Below, piece by piece: positions 26,469 through 40,409 of a DNA stretch of 64,000 nucleotides. The stretch covers positions 20,150,001 through 20,214,000 of the forward strand of contig OX597823.1 of assembly GCA_951406725.2 (NCBI GenBank). Reading direction: 5' to 3'. This DNA comes from Octopus vulgaris (Eukaryota). A model generated the notes under the pieces. It was not told the DNA's origin. It worked only from the letters and a program-made list of their open reading frames with translations, and did no database searches. Positions within the stretch are counted from its first letter, which is position 1. Every line of letters starts with the position of its first letter. A program made the position numbers and the translations under genes.

Positions 26469-26985
26469 TAGTTTTATTTTTATAGCGTGCTTTCACTTCA
26501 CTACCGAGCACAGCTCTGTGTGCCCTGGGTATGTGCTGTGATTTGTTGTGATGCTCTGATGGTTATTGTATGGAAAGTGTTCTGCGTAGGATGTGTGCAG
26601 TGCCTAGTAGTGCAATTTATCTGTATGTTATATGTGTTTGTAAGTCCTGGTGTTTTTGTTATGTATTTGTCTGAATATTTTTTTATCATGCCTAATGCAC
26701 CTACTATGATAGGAATTGTTTCTGTTTTCAGATTCCACATTCTAGTTACCTCTGTTTCCAGGTCTTTGTATTTTGAGAGTTTCTCCATTTCTTTTAGAGA
26801 CACGTTGTCATCAGCCGGTATTGATACATCAATTAGAAAGCATTTTTTTCTTCATGATCTCTGACAACTATATCTGGTCTGTTGGCCTTAATTTCTCTAT
26901 ATGTGTGTATCGGCATATCTCAGAGTATGGTTGCTTTCTCGTTTTCTGTGACCTTTTCTTGTGTGTGCCTATACCATCTTTTTTC
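26465..26985 (-). mobile_element. R4/Dong-clade LINE 3' end (restriction-like endonuclease) inside a (TAA)n tract
   Basis: LIDVSIPADDNVSLKEMEKLSKYKDLE...IPIIVGALG; short 3' UTR runs into (TAA)n. Confidence 0.85.
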
Positions 26986-27002
26986 TGTTGTTGTTGTTGT
27001 TG

Positions 27003-27064
<62 letters not shown>

Positions 27065-27146
27065 GTTATTATTATTATTATTATTATTATTGTTATTATT
27101 ATTGTTATTGTTATTGTTGCTGTCGTTGTTGTTGTTGTTGTTATTA

Positions 27147-27217
<71 letters not shown>

Positions 27218-27724
27218 GAGTGAGAGAGCAGTTCATGCCATCAAAGTGACACTGGGGTAAAATATACGAAGCCCAATATACCCATCTATACTACCCGTCT
27301 GATAAGGGTACACCAGGCACATGCATCACAACCATATGTGCGCGACATGGTGATCTCATATCAAGATAAACAGCACATGACCTTGCAGGTGGGGCCCAGT
27401 TAGAATTTTCTTCAGGTTGAGTAGCCCATCCCACTCAAAAGGTCCCTGAATAGGGGTTGTTTAAGGATGTTGAAAGAACCACCCATGTTTCCAGAGGTGA
27501 ATTATTCAAACCCCAAAGAAACCCTCTTAACACATGGCTATGATGCTCCCCCACTACTTCTGCTCGTGATCAGAGATGCACATATCGTCAGCTACTAAGG
27601 GACATGCTCAACTGGTTAAAGTCAAACAACTGACAAGCAAATCTGTGGTATTGAGCAGAATATTTGCTGTAGCCCATCTTTTATACCAAAACAAAACAAT
27701 GTACATGATAACACTTCCAATCAG
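27218..27724. mobile_element. About 500-bp non-coding repeat adjoining (TTA)n
   Basis: Aligns with 39472-39900 plus 40319-40392; both copies abut TTA repeats. Confidence 0.75.
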
Positions 27725-27736
27725 TATTATTATTAT

Positions 27737-29659
27737 TGAGAGAGTCAACTCGGAGAGAGTCAACTTGGACAAGATGCAGTTTGGTTTCATGCCAGGGAAA
27801 AGCACCACTGATGCCATATTTCTGGTGAGACAGCTGCAGGAGAAATACCTAGCCAAAGATAAGCCCCTGTACTTGGCTTTCGTTTACATGGAGAAAGCCT
27901 TTGACAGGGTCCCCCGATCCCTTATCTGGTGGTCAATGAGGAAACTAGGGATAGATGAATGGCTGGTGAGAGCTGTGCAAGCCATGTACAGGGATGCCGT
28001 AAGTAAGGTTAGGGTTGGCAACATGTACACAGAAGAATTCAAAGTAGAGGTTGGGGTCCACCAGGGTTCAGTCCTCAGTCCCCTCCTGTTTATCATAGTC
28101 CTCCAGGCAATTACGGAGGAATTCAAGACAGGTTGCCCCTGGGAGCTCCTCTATGCTGATGACCTTGCTCTAATTGCTGAGTCACTATCAGAACTGGAGG
28201 AGAAGTTCCAGGTGTGGAAGGAGGGATTAGAATCGAGGGGCCTTAGAGTCAACCTAGCTAAAACCAAAGTACTAATAAGTAGGAAGGTAGACAAACCACA
28301 AATGTCTACAGGAAGATGGCCCTGCTAGATCTGTAGAAAAGGTGTAGGTAGAAACTCTATAAGATGTACCCAGTGTAAGCTATGGACACATAAGAGGTGC
28401 AGCAATGTCAAAGGAAGGCTAACTGGGAAGATAGTTTTTGTATGTGGCAGATGCTCAGGAGCAATAAACTCTGAAAATCTGCAGAAAACAACTTCCGTCA
28501 CTTTCCAGGGGGAAAAACTGGAAGTAGTTGATAGCTTCCGTTATCTAGGTGACCAAGTCAGTAGTGGGGGTGGGTGCGCTGAAAGTGTAACTGCTAGAGT
28601 AAGAATAGCCTGGGCAAAGTTCAGGGAGCTCTTACCTCTGCTGGTGACTAAAGGCCTCTCGCTCAGAGTAAAAGGCAGACTGTATGATGCATGTGTACGA
28701 ACAGTCATGCTACATGGCAGTGAAACATGGGCCGTGACTGCTGAGGAAATGCGTAAGCTCGCGAGGAATGAAGCCAGTATGCTCCGATGGATGTGTAATG
28801 TCAGTGTGCATACTCGACAGAGCGTTAGTACCTTGAGAGAAATGTTGGACCTAAGAAGCATCAGTTGTGGTGTGCAAGAGAGACGATTGCGCTGGTATGG
28901 TCATGTGGCGAGAATGGATGAAGATAGGTATGTGAAAAAGTGCCAATCCCTAGCAGTTGAGGGAACCCATGGAAGAGGTAGACCCAGGAAAACCTGGGAG
29001 GCCTCACTGAGGAAATGACCAGCGACCGAGACCTTTGGAAATATGCTGTGCGTGAGAAGACCAGGTAGGACAAGTGAGTCCAGCCCACTTATGCATGCCT
29101 TTCCTCCCTTGGACACACAAAGACCTGTTGAGGCAAGCGAAGTCGATATCGAACCTCATCTGATGACAAGCACCCATGCCAACCCCCATTTGCTTGCGAA
29201 GACCTGTTGGGGCAAGTGAAATCGAAATCGGAATCGAAATTGAACCAATCCTATGACTGGCACCCGGCAGATGCCAGGACCCCTGGACTGGTGGTACGTA
29301 AAAAGCACTATCCGAATCGTGGCCGATGCCAGCGCCGCCTCGACTGGCTTCCGTGCCGGTGGCACGTAAAAAGTACCATCTGAATCGTGGCCGATGCCAG
29401 TGCCGCCTCGACTGGCTTCCGTGCCGGTGGCACGTAAAATGCACCAATCCGACCGTGGCCGTTGCCAGCCTCGCCTGGCACCTGTGCAGGTGGCACGTAA
29501 AAGGCACCCACTACACTCACGGAGTGGTTGGCGTTAGGAAGGGCATCCAGCTGTAGAAACACTGCCAGATAAGACTGGAGTCTGGCGCAGGCTTCTGGCT
29601 TCCCAGATCCCCAGTCAAACTGTCCAACCCATGCTAGCATGGAGAACGGACGTTAAACG

Positions 29660-29662
<3 letters not shown>
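27737..29662 (+). mobile_element. 5'-truncated RTE-clade LINE (RT, Cys-rich insert, C-terminus, 3' UTR, TTA tail)
   Basis: QFGFMPGKSTTDAIF, GVHQGSVLSPLLF, LYADD, YLG, GSETW, RLRWYGHV, GRGRPRKTW; in-frame TAG at 28326-28328. Confidence 0.95.
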
Positions 29663-29727
<65 letters not shown>

Positions 29728-29846
29728 GATTAGTAGTACTAGTGCGGTTTATATGCCATCAAATACGGTATTATAATTAGTATTATGTGGAAAGATGTGC
29801 GACGTGTTACTCCGCAGAATTTCTGTATTTAAGAAATGTTACTGAA

Positions 29847-29921
<75 letters not shown>

Positions 29922-31629
29922 CTTACAAGATAGTTTCGTTAGAGAACCCTCTGATACGTTTCTAGCTAAACTTCCCACACGAGAAAGGAGCAGACTTTGC
30001 AATTTTCTAGACGTTTTCATCTCAACTTTGTTTTGTATCTACGATTGACCCACGATGACAACTAACTATCGAGACAACGCCCACCGAGGAATTCAATTGA
30101 AAGCAACAATTCAGAAAGAAAATTAGAAAAGAAAGTTAAATACACAGCTGGACGTAAACATTTTGCAAAGGAAAATTATGACTTGACAGAAAACAGTTCT
30201 AGTAACATTCGCGGCGATACGGCAAACAACAATAGTACCAGGAATGTCAGCAACAGCAACAATAGTAATAACAACGTCTGTAATAATAAGAATGACAACA
30301 AAGCAACAGTAACAGCAACAACAACAAGCACAAGAGAAACATATGCATATACATCTTTACTAAACAAATGATACTGCAGGCCTAATTTGAACATGAGTCG
30401 GCAGACTGAGAGGATATCATCTTGGTAATGTTTTGTTACCAAGAAGAGTGCATCTTTGCCGGAGAGCTTTATCCAAGAGGAAAGAGAAAGAAAATGTTAT
30501 TTGCTAAAACAGGTTTTTTTATGTCTTCAGAGAGACCATGTGAAGGATCCCAAGCTAATGTGTGGAGCGATTTAAAACAGATGACAGATCAAAGAAGTAA
30601 GTTGAGTTAGTACGTGGTACACTTACCTATACCATATTGCCGTAATACACAGATCGATGCAATACGAAAATGACGATCAAGGATAAGGTGCATAGAGGGT
30701 GCTTGTAAAGACAAGAACACGGCATACATTGGAGAGACACCTAGAAGTATTGCGGAGAGAATAGATAAGCACTTGCGGCAATATGAATGAAGGATGTTGG
30801 TAATGACGTTGATCGCTGATTTATACTCACATTTGTGACACAGTTCGGACAGCGGTGATTGCTGAGGTAACCAAGTAAAATATGTGGCCAAGTGGAATCT
30901 CAATGGGCATAAAGACCATAATAACTTCCATTCTCCGAAAGCCATACAATCATATGGAGCAGACTAAATAAGACGTAATTAAGGCGGCGAGCTGGAAGAA
31001 TAATTAAGGACGGGAAAATATGCTGAGTTTAAATCCTCTTGAGGTTAGCTTTGCCTTTTATTCTCAGGGTGCTTAAAATAAGTAACGACCAAAATATGAA
31101 ACCATTGTTTAGGGTGGATTTGGCAGAATCGTTTGAGCATGGGAAAAAATGTCTTGAGGCGTTTCTTCCAGCTACTTATGTTCTGAGTTCAATTTCCATC
31201 GAGGGAAACTTTACTGTTTATCGCACTGAGATCGATAAAATAAAGAACCAATTAAGTATTGGAATCGATGGTATCGACTAACGCTCTCTCTTCAAAATTG
31301 CTAACCTTGAGCCAAAAATCGAAACCAATGAATGAACGAGCTGGCAGAATCATTAGCTCATCGGACAAAAGGGGAAAACAGTGCTTAGCGGCACATCTTC
31401 CAGCTTTTTATGTTCTGAGTTCAAATTCTTCCGAGGTTGACTTCACCTTACACTTTTCAGGGTCGATAAAATAAGTAGCAGTTGCATACTGGAATCGATT
31501 CAATCGATTTACCCAACCTTAAAATTACTAGTTTTGCTTTAAAATTATAAAGGATTGTCATTGATGCTGTGGATAGGTAGAATCATTAGTGTGTCAATGA
31601 ATATTCCTTGTGGTAATTAGAATTGAATT

Positions 31630-32013
31630 GTGGAGGCGCAATGGCCCAGTAGTTAGGGCAGCGGACTCGCGGTCATAGGATCGCGGTTTCGATTCCCAGA
31701 CCGGGCGTTGTGAGTGTTTATTGAGCGAAAACACCTAAAAGCTCCACGAGGCTCCGGCAGGGGATGGTGGTGATCCCTGCTGTACTCTTTCACCACAGCT
31801 TTCTCTCACTCTTACTTCCTGTTTCTGTTGTACCTGTATTTCAAGGGGCCGGCCTTGTCACTCTCTGTGTCACGCTGAATATCCCCGAGAACTACGTTAA
31901 GGGTACACGTGTCTGTGGAGTGCTCAGCCACTTACACGTTAATTTCACGAGCAGGCTGTTCCGTTGATCGGATCAACCGGAACCCTCATCGTCGTAACCG
32001 ACGGAGTGCTTCC
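31630..32013 (+). mobile_element. tRNA-derived SINE (family C head) with target duplication
   Basis: GGCCCAGTAGTTAGGGC...GTTTCGATTCCC; AGAATTGAATT on both sides. Confidence 0.9.
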
Positions 32014-32919
32014 AGAATTGAATTAGTGCCTTTACTTTGAGTTAAAATCCGGTTTGAGATCAGCTTCGCCTTTTATTCTTCCGGGGCGCTAAAATAATAT
32101 CAGTCAAAAACTGGGGCTGGTTATAATCGACTGCTCCATTTCCTAACTAATTTCTATGTAAGGAATTATTTTTATTATTTGCGTTATTCATATTACGCAG
32201 CCTAAATCTTTGCCCGACTTCGATTGCTGTGAGAAGGAATGTGTATGATAAATGCCTTTAATGAAATCAAAACAAGTTTTTGTTTGGAATTTGTATTAAA
32301 GAGTTAAACAAAACAAAAAAGTCTTAGGGAAACAAAGCGTCACATGTTTTAGCCATCAATTTGTTCTAGAAAAGAACCAGTCACAGACAACTAAGAGTTG
32401 AAGAGGCGGGAACAAATTCGAAAACTTTGTATTTGTCGACGTATTAATCACTAGACACTGAACGCGTCCTCTATCAGTGACAATGGCCAATTACTGACAC
32501 ACGCACGAACATGTTTCCACTCAGTCACTCACATAAACAGACACACTCATATACATGCATAGATATATACATGCATAAAACACACACACAAGAAGCGATG
32601 TCAGTGACTCAAGGCTCTAGGGTTTCGTACCAAAGCATTTGATATGAAACTCTAAGCCCTTCAGTTACCGATGCAGTTTCTCAACTACAATGATATAAGC
32701 AGTTTACTTCTTGTATTGCGTTCTACTCTCTCTCGTTTGTATAAACAACCCCATACACACACACACACATACACACACACACACACACACACGCATACAC
32801 ACACAGATATATGCATATATATAGAAGCATCCATACATTCATAGATACACAAACATATGCACATACATACATTCATAGATACACACAGACACACACACAC
32901 ACATACACACACACTCACT

Positions 32920-32961
<42 letters not shown>

Positions 32962-33089
32962 AAACAGCTTTTTTTTTCAAAATGGAGAACCCACAACTGT
33001 GATTGTGTATAATTATACACAATCGTGACGTCAATATATTGAGCTGTTGTCGTTGATGATGTTAATGATGATGATACATAATAACACTT

Positions 33090-33895
33090 TTATTCTTTTA
33101 TCATTTCACTTGTTTCAGTCATTTGGCTGCAGCCATTCTGGAGCACCGCCTTGACGGGCTTTAGGCAAACAAACCAACCCCAAGACATTTTTTAAAGCCT
33201 AGTACCAATTCTATTGATCTCTTTTGCCGAACTGATAAGCTACGGGGACGTAAACAAACCATAACCGGTTGTCAAGCGGTGAAGGGGAGAGACAAACACA
33301 GACACAAAGATACACACACATACCCACACCTATCCACCCACACACGCATCTTCCTACCCAAACACCCACCCACACGCGCGCACACACACGCGCGCACACA
33401 CACACACACATACACACATATATACGACGGGCTTCTTGCAGTTTCCGTTTATCAAATCTACTCATAAGGCTTTGGTCGGCTTGAAGCTATAGTAGAAGAC
33501 ACCTGCCCAAGGTGCCATGCAGTGGGACTGAACTTGGAACTATGTGGTTGGTAAGCAAGCTTCTTACCACACAGCCACATCTGCAATCCAACAGCACTTG
33601 TCAAGCGGTTGCGTGGGGGTGGGGCAACGCGTTTGTCAAGCAGTTGCGTGGGGGAAGGACAAACACATACACACTCACACACACACACACACTCTTACAC
33701 ACACATACACACATACACAGACACACACACCCGATGGGTTTCCACACAGTTTCTGCCAACAAAATCGCTCGATAGGCATTGGTCTGCCCGCGGTTATAGT
33801 TGTCGACACTTGCCCGGGGTAACGTGCAATGGGACTGAACCTGAAACCAAATGGTTGTGAAGCTAACTCCTTAACCACGATGCCATGCCTGCGCC
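33090..33895 (-). mobile_element. SINE family B copies
   Basis: Reverse copies; the first has a near-identical sister at 34925-35272. Confidence 0.8.
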
Positions 33896-36861
33896 TATTC
33901 ATACGGAAATTATACATTTCCAAATCTCGTCTTGCTTTTTTGTGCAAAAGTGACTTCATAATTAGCTCAAATTGTTTCCGTACTTTTTCATATTCTCGAA
34001 TATACGTATCATTTATATTCAGCTTATACCGTATATGAATTTAGGAAAAGCATATAATATGAGAGTATTTGTTATAGAATTTTTGTGAAAGGAATTTGAA
34101 AATATATCATGATGTTTCGCTGAGAGACAACCCACCCAATCCTAAAAGTGTAGCCTAAATATGATATATGGAAATAATTTTCATTTGATTTCTGGTGATG
34201 ACTCTTTCCCTACCTATAAACATCACCCTGAAAAAAAAAACACAACAAAAAAAAAAAAAACGAAAAGATCTTAGATTAACTTAAAAAAAGAAAATAAAGG
34301 TCAAAGATTGTACACATGTGTACACACCTATACATACAATGTTATTTAGTAATATAGATTATTTTTTTCATATTTCCTTCTTAGTCATTAATTTTTAGTT
34401 GGAAACATTAATGTTTCTAAGTTCATTGAACTTGAGAACGTTAACGGTCCTACGTTCATTGAACTTTCATTTTTTATTAATCCTGAATGAAGTTGTGTGC
34501 TGCATGTTTTAGAAATAGCAAAGGAATCATACAAAAGCGTTTGTAACTGAAAAAAATCTCATTAGAGAATAACGTTTTTAAAATATTAACTCTAAAGTAA
34601 TTACATTGTTTATTCCACAAGTGATGTATATATACCATTTGCTTTGTATTTTCATAGCTATTCTAATGTTATTAAGACGATAGCATTTTTCTATTAATAT
34701 TCTTTTTTACTATATTTTTAAAATCCAATTTTGTGTCGCGTTGTGTTATATTGTATATACACTGTAATGGAACCTTGTTTTTAAGGGCATACAAAAATAT
34801 TGATAAGGACAAATTTCGAAAACGAGGCCCCAGATCGGTTCCACATTCATTGGTGTCATTCATATCTCTAGCAAACTGATAAATTTATTCGATGGGGGTC
34901 CATCATTAAAGCTACACCCTTATATGCCGAACCGATAAGCTACGGGGATGTAAACACATCATAACCGGTTGTCAAGCGGTGAAGGGGAGAGACAAACACA
35001 GACACAAAGACACAGACACATACCCACACCCATACACCCACACCCACCCACACCCACCCAAACATCCCCCACCCACCCACACGCATCTTCCTACCCAAAC
35101 ACCCACCCACACGCACATATATATACTACGGGCTTCTTGCAGTTTCCGTTTATCAAATCTACTCATAAGGCTTTGGTCGGCTTGAAGCTATAGTAGAAGA
35201 CACCTGCCCATGGTGCCACGCGGTGGGACTGAACTTGGAACTATGTGGCTGGTAAGCAAGCTTCTTACCACACAACTACACTATTACTGTTTATCAAGAT
35301 TTTTCAATCCTCGAAATGAACACACCCTAAATTTATTTCCTTCTATCAGTCTTTTATTTGTTTCAGTCACTGGAGAGAAAAGGGTCATACTTGTGTGTGT
35401 CTGACGAAATAGTTTCAGTTATGGTATTTATCAGTTTCAAAATTACATCCAAATTGGTATATTGCGTTGGTTATTTGAAATTCCAAATACCCGCTTCACA
35501 GATTTGGAGATTCGTGTCGATGGGGTTTTAGTTTTGGCTTTTAAGTTATTTATTTTCCTAATTACTTTTGTGATAGCGTTTCTGTTTTTAGAATCTTTTA
35601 ATAACATATTAACGCAATCTATAACAAGGACAAGTTTTATCCCTGCAGCATATAATATGTATGGTTTGAGCATTTTACTGGTTGTTTACCTGTCAAATAT
35701 GTAGCAGTGAATTTGTTTCTGTATGGGTCTACAGCTCGGTCAACTAACATGTTTATGAACATACGTTATAACCGTTTAAGTTTTATTGAAAGCATTTTTT
35801 GTGGATCGTTTCAGAGGGATCTTATCACTGCCAGTTTATATCACGAGGACCCTTATTGTCTCTATCTACATATATAGATACCTATTACTACTTTTTCGGG
35901 TATAGCAATATAGTCAAGAGCCAAGACTATTGAAAAGGTTGCAAGACGCAACGAAAATTTTAGAAAATAAAAATAAGAAATAAGTGGAAATTTTAGCGGT
36001 GAGTGTGTTAAATAATAAGGCACTAAAAGAGAATGACTCTCCCCAGACATAACAGAATATGCTTCAACACACGAACTCATATAAAGAATCTTGCAAACCA
36101 AATCCAAAAACGAAATATAGTCGAGTTGTCTCAATTTAAAAACTATGCTGATTGGTAAACTTAAAGCTGGAATTATTTTCAAAATCTTCTTAAATTCTCT
36201 GTTTCGATGTGTTTGTTACAATGAATACATTTGATATATCGGATATAGACGATGGGGCTCACACACACACACACACACACACACACGTATGTATGTATGT
36301 ATGTATGTATGTATGTATGTATGTATGTATGTATGTTACGATAAGGAAGACTGGAATCTGAAATTTTGACAAAAAGAAAATTTGATTTTATCGTTAGCAA
36401 AAAAGTTGTCTACGAACGAGAAACACGGAAATAGTTCGAAGCTTATTGTTCTTGGACTAAGTATGATAATAGTCTCTACGTGATGTCATTGTGTGTTGTG
36501 GTCGCCGTCTGTTCATTGTGTTTGTATTGTGATAGCGCTCTAGTCAGCTGCTGGTTCTTCTGCTTCCTCTTCTTCCAATCAGGACTCACGCCATTAGCCA
36601 CAAAGAATAATCTCTAATTCGAGCCTACTCTAAGCTACTATGAATGCATGTGGCAACTTGGAGATCCACCGACCACACGCGATAGACTGGCGGTTGCACA
36701 GGCGCGAAAGCTACGTTGTTATCCTCATTCCATAAACGGTGGCTTTTAAAGGGTGGAGAGCTGAACCATCCTGGGGTACAGGGGATTCGCAATCTAGACC
36801 AGGGTCTGAAAGTTTAGCACGCCATAGTGGGTTAAACCATGGTTCCTCTGCTTTTTGGCTG

Positions 36862-37048
36862 AAGTAGGAAGAAAGAGTTAGAGAAAGTTGTGGCGAAAGA
36901 GTACAGCGGGGTTCACCCCACCCCGCCGGAGCCTCGTAGAATTTAGGTGTTTTTGCTCAATAAACATTCACGATGCCCGGTTTGGGAATCGAAACCGCGT
37001 TCTTACGACCGCGAGTCCGCTGCCATAACCACTAGGCCATTGCGCCTC
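36862..37048 (-). mobile_element. SINE family C, 5' part
   Basis: Minus-strand head GAGGCGCAATGGCCTAGTGGTTA...GTTTCGATTCCC. Confidence 0.8.
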
Positions 37049-37136
37049 AACGCTGCTGGTTCTGCCGTTGTCTGCCGACTCTCATCTTCTGTGTCATCTT
37101 CTGCCAGTTCACCAATTGACAAAACTAATAATAGCA

Positions 37137-37184
<48 letters not shown>

Positions 37185-38896
37185 CGAAAACTTTATTATT
37201 ATTATTATTATTATTATTCCTATTGTTTTTCCCCTTTCTTTCTTCTCGTTATTCACATTATCTTTTTCTGATATGTTTTCTTGTATTCTATTTATTGTAC
37301 GGAGGTCAAGAGTAATTTATAGTTGTAGGTTGTTGATGTTGTTATTGTTATTGTTGTTTTATCCTAGATCACCCTAATCCATCTCACCGACAATTCAAAG
37401 CAACATTTCAGTCATGGTCACCTAAATTTTATTCAGAGGTGGTGCACCAGCATGACCTCAGCCCTGGGCTGAAACCAGTAAAAGATAAAAGATATAGTCA
37501 TTTAGGATTAGGTAATACAGTAATTGTTTTTTAAGATGGTTGGGTGTAATTTGAGGTAGATTTAGCTGTCATTTCTTGAAGATCAAGCATCCATGTAGAT
37601 GTTCCTTCATTGACTCATATTCGTGCGACTAACTCTTAGATTTCTGCTTTAAGTATTTGTCATTTTCTTCTGTGCCCGGTTTCTGCTTTGTGGAATAAGA
37701 CCCGTCCTATTGTGTTATTTCCAATGTAAAGGAGACATTTGCTGTACGTCTGGACGCTTCTCTTGTATAATTTTCTATGTATTCTGATAAACTCAGATGT
37801 TTTATGTGTTGTAAATCTGTTGTGTTGCTGTCTTTGATTGGTAGAAATAAATATTTTCGACTGTGATCAATGTTTTATTCTTTTAAACGTGTTTTTTGCT
37901 GAAGACTTCTCAGTTCTTCGGAAAAAAAGGAAGATTACAACAAGAACAAACAAAACGCTTTTTAAGCAATTTCACCTGGTCTTAATAGGTGCCACTCATG
38001 GACGTTAGATGCTAAATATTGGGAAAATCATGACTTTTGAGATGAAGTTTTATTAAATTATGTTTTTGAAATTCTAAACAGAGAAATATTTAGTAAGTCT
38101 CAGAATGACGAAATACTGCAGTTAATTTTTTTTTCAAAGGAAGAAAATTAAGTTGATGGTTGGCCATGTAATATGGTATCATAACATTCTATCTAACAAA
38201 TATGGTCATATGTGGACAGACTTCCGCTAAAAGAGATATAGGGAGATGACGAAGCGGGTGGTTGAGTAATATAAAGAAAATATATGGTGTGAGATAGAGA
38301 AGGTTTAGTCATTTGTGCACCTAATCTCTGTAGGTTATGGATACCGACTGATGTTGATTGAATTTCTGTCTCTGAAATCTTTCTATATAATTCAGCTAAT
38401 GTATTTCAGCAGTGTTTTTGTTTTTCATATTTGATTTTTCATCTTTTCCTCCCTAGGTGTTGCGCGTAAGTTTTATGATCCTCGCATGTTTGCAGTAATA
38501 TGGCTGTATATTTTACTAAATGTAACTCTTCTAAATTATACTTGAACCCTTCACTGAACAAATATATGACCAAGGCTATTCCAACCATGGCCATCCTATT
38601 TTCAGGAGTATCTAGGACTACATTATACAACATGTCCTTTATTTAAGGTGGTAGAATTTAACTTAAATGTGATTTAAGTGCTATTTCTTGCAGGTCTAGA
38701 GGCCTTGTTGTGTCTGAGAGAATAGTAGAAGGGGTCATATTTAACTAGGAGGTATGTTTTTGCTATCTGTTACATACCTCTTTGAATCAAAGCTGATAGC
38801 AGAATGATATGAGCTATACAATAATATATAGTAATGCCTTATTTCAGACGCTCTTCCGATTCTGCTATCCATTTCTCATAATTTTTGTAAGAAATA

Positions 38897-39112
38897 TTCT
38901 TTTCTACACTAGGCACAAGGCCGGAAATTTTGGGGGAGGAGGGGCATTCGATTAGATCGACCCCAAAACGCGACTGGTACTTAATTTATCGACCCCGAAA
39001 GGATGAAAGACAAAGTTGACCTCAGTGGAATTTGAACTCCGAACGTAAAGACAGACGAAATAATGCTAAGCATTTTCCCCGGTGTGCTAACGTTTCTGCC
39101 AGCTCGCCACCT
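38897..39112 (-). mobile_element. SINE family A
   Basis: Reverse copy of core and head. Confidence 0.85.
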
Positions 39113-39341
39113 TGGAAGTGGTTAGTGCAGCTTTGTGTGTGTAGAGTACATAGAGTGTTTTTGTTTTGAATTTGTTGGGATCGTTTGTTTTTAGGTCCCC
39201 ATATGCAGGTTAGCATTGTTTCCAGTTTCAAAACTGAAATATTCTTTCATCTCTTTCAGAGATACATCATCATCTGTTGGAGATGATACGTCGAATAGAA
39301 GGCTTGTCATCATCATCATCATCATCATCATCTCATCATCA

Positions 39342-39412
<71 letters not shown>

Positions 39413-39900
39413 ATTATTATTATTATTAATAATAATAATAATAATAATGATGATGATGATGATATTATTATTGAGTGAGGGAGCAGTGCATGCCATCAAA
39501 GTGACACTGGGGGTGATATATACGAAGCCCGTTATACCCATCATGACTACCCGTCTGATAAGGGTACACCAGGCACATGCATCACAACCATGTTTGCGTG
39601 ACATGGTGATCTCATATTAAGATAAACAGCGCATGACCTAGCAGGTGGGGCCCAGTTAGAATTTTCTTCTTGTTGAGTAGCCCATCCCGCTCAAAAGGTC
39701 CCTGAATGAGGATTATTTAAGAATATTGAACGAACCACCCATGTTTCGAAAGATGAATTATCCAAACCTCTAAGAATTCCTTTCAACACACAGCTATGAT
39801 GCTCCCCCACTACTTCTACCCACGATCAGAGAAGCGCATATCGTCAGCCACTAAGGGACATGGTCAACTGGTTAAGGTCAAACAACTGACAAGCAAATAT

Positions 39901-40318
39901 ACTCTCTGTTTTACTCTTTTACTTGTTTCAGTCATTTTGACTGCGGCCATGCTGGAGCACCGCCTTTAATCGAGCAACTCGACCCCGGGACTTATTCTTT
40001 GTAAGCCCAGTACTTATTTTATCGGTCTCTTTTTGCCGAACCGCTAAGTTACGGGGACATAAACACACCAGCATCGGTTGTCAAGCAATGCTAGGGGGAC
40101 AAACATAGACACACAAACATACACGCACACACACACATATATATATATATATACATATATACGACAGGCTTCTTTCAGTTTCCGTCTACCAAATCCACTC
40201 ACAAGTCTTTGGTCAACCCGAGGCTATATTTGAAGACACCTGCCCAAGGTGCCACGCAGTGGGACTGAACCTGGAACCATGTAGTTGGTAAACAAGCTAC
40301 TTACCACACAGCCACTCA
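39901..40318 (-). mobile_element. SINE family B nested in the TTA-associated repeat
   Basis: The host repeat resumes at TTGAGCAAAATATTTGC after the insert. Confidence 0.9.
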
Positions 40319-40409
40319 TTGAGCAAAATATTTGCCGTAGCCCATCTTTTATATCTAGACAAAACAATGTACACGATAACACTTCCAATCAGTTAAGATC
40401 AGAAGTCAC

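Noticed and set aside
27530-27600. CTGACGA on the minus strand as a hammerhead core
   Set aside because: No GAAA follows the adjacent helix, so the core is incomplete.
29350-29385. Pistol ribozyme resemblance
   Set aside because: Only a P1 hairpin and A-run match; the 6-bp pseudoknot and P2/P3 junction are absent.
31630-31710. tRNA gene
   Set aside because: The tRNA-like head runs into a SINE body with a target duplication and lacks a clean acceptor stem.
36740-36846. HDV-like ribozyme on the minus strand
   Set aside because: A P1-like pairing exists, but L3 length, P1.1 and J4/2 could not be fitted.
37620-38500. Additional R4-like LINE remnant
   Set aside because: Too decayed to support without a profile search.
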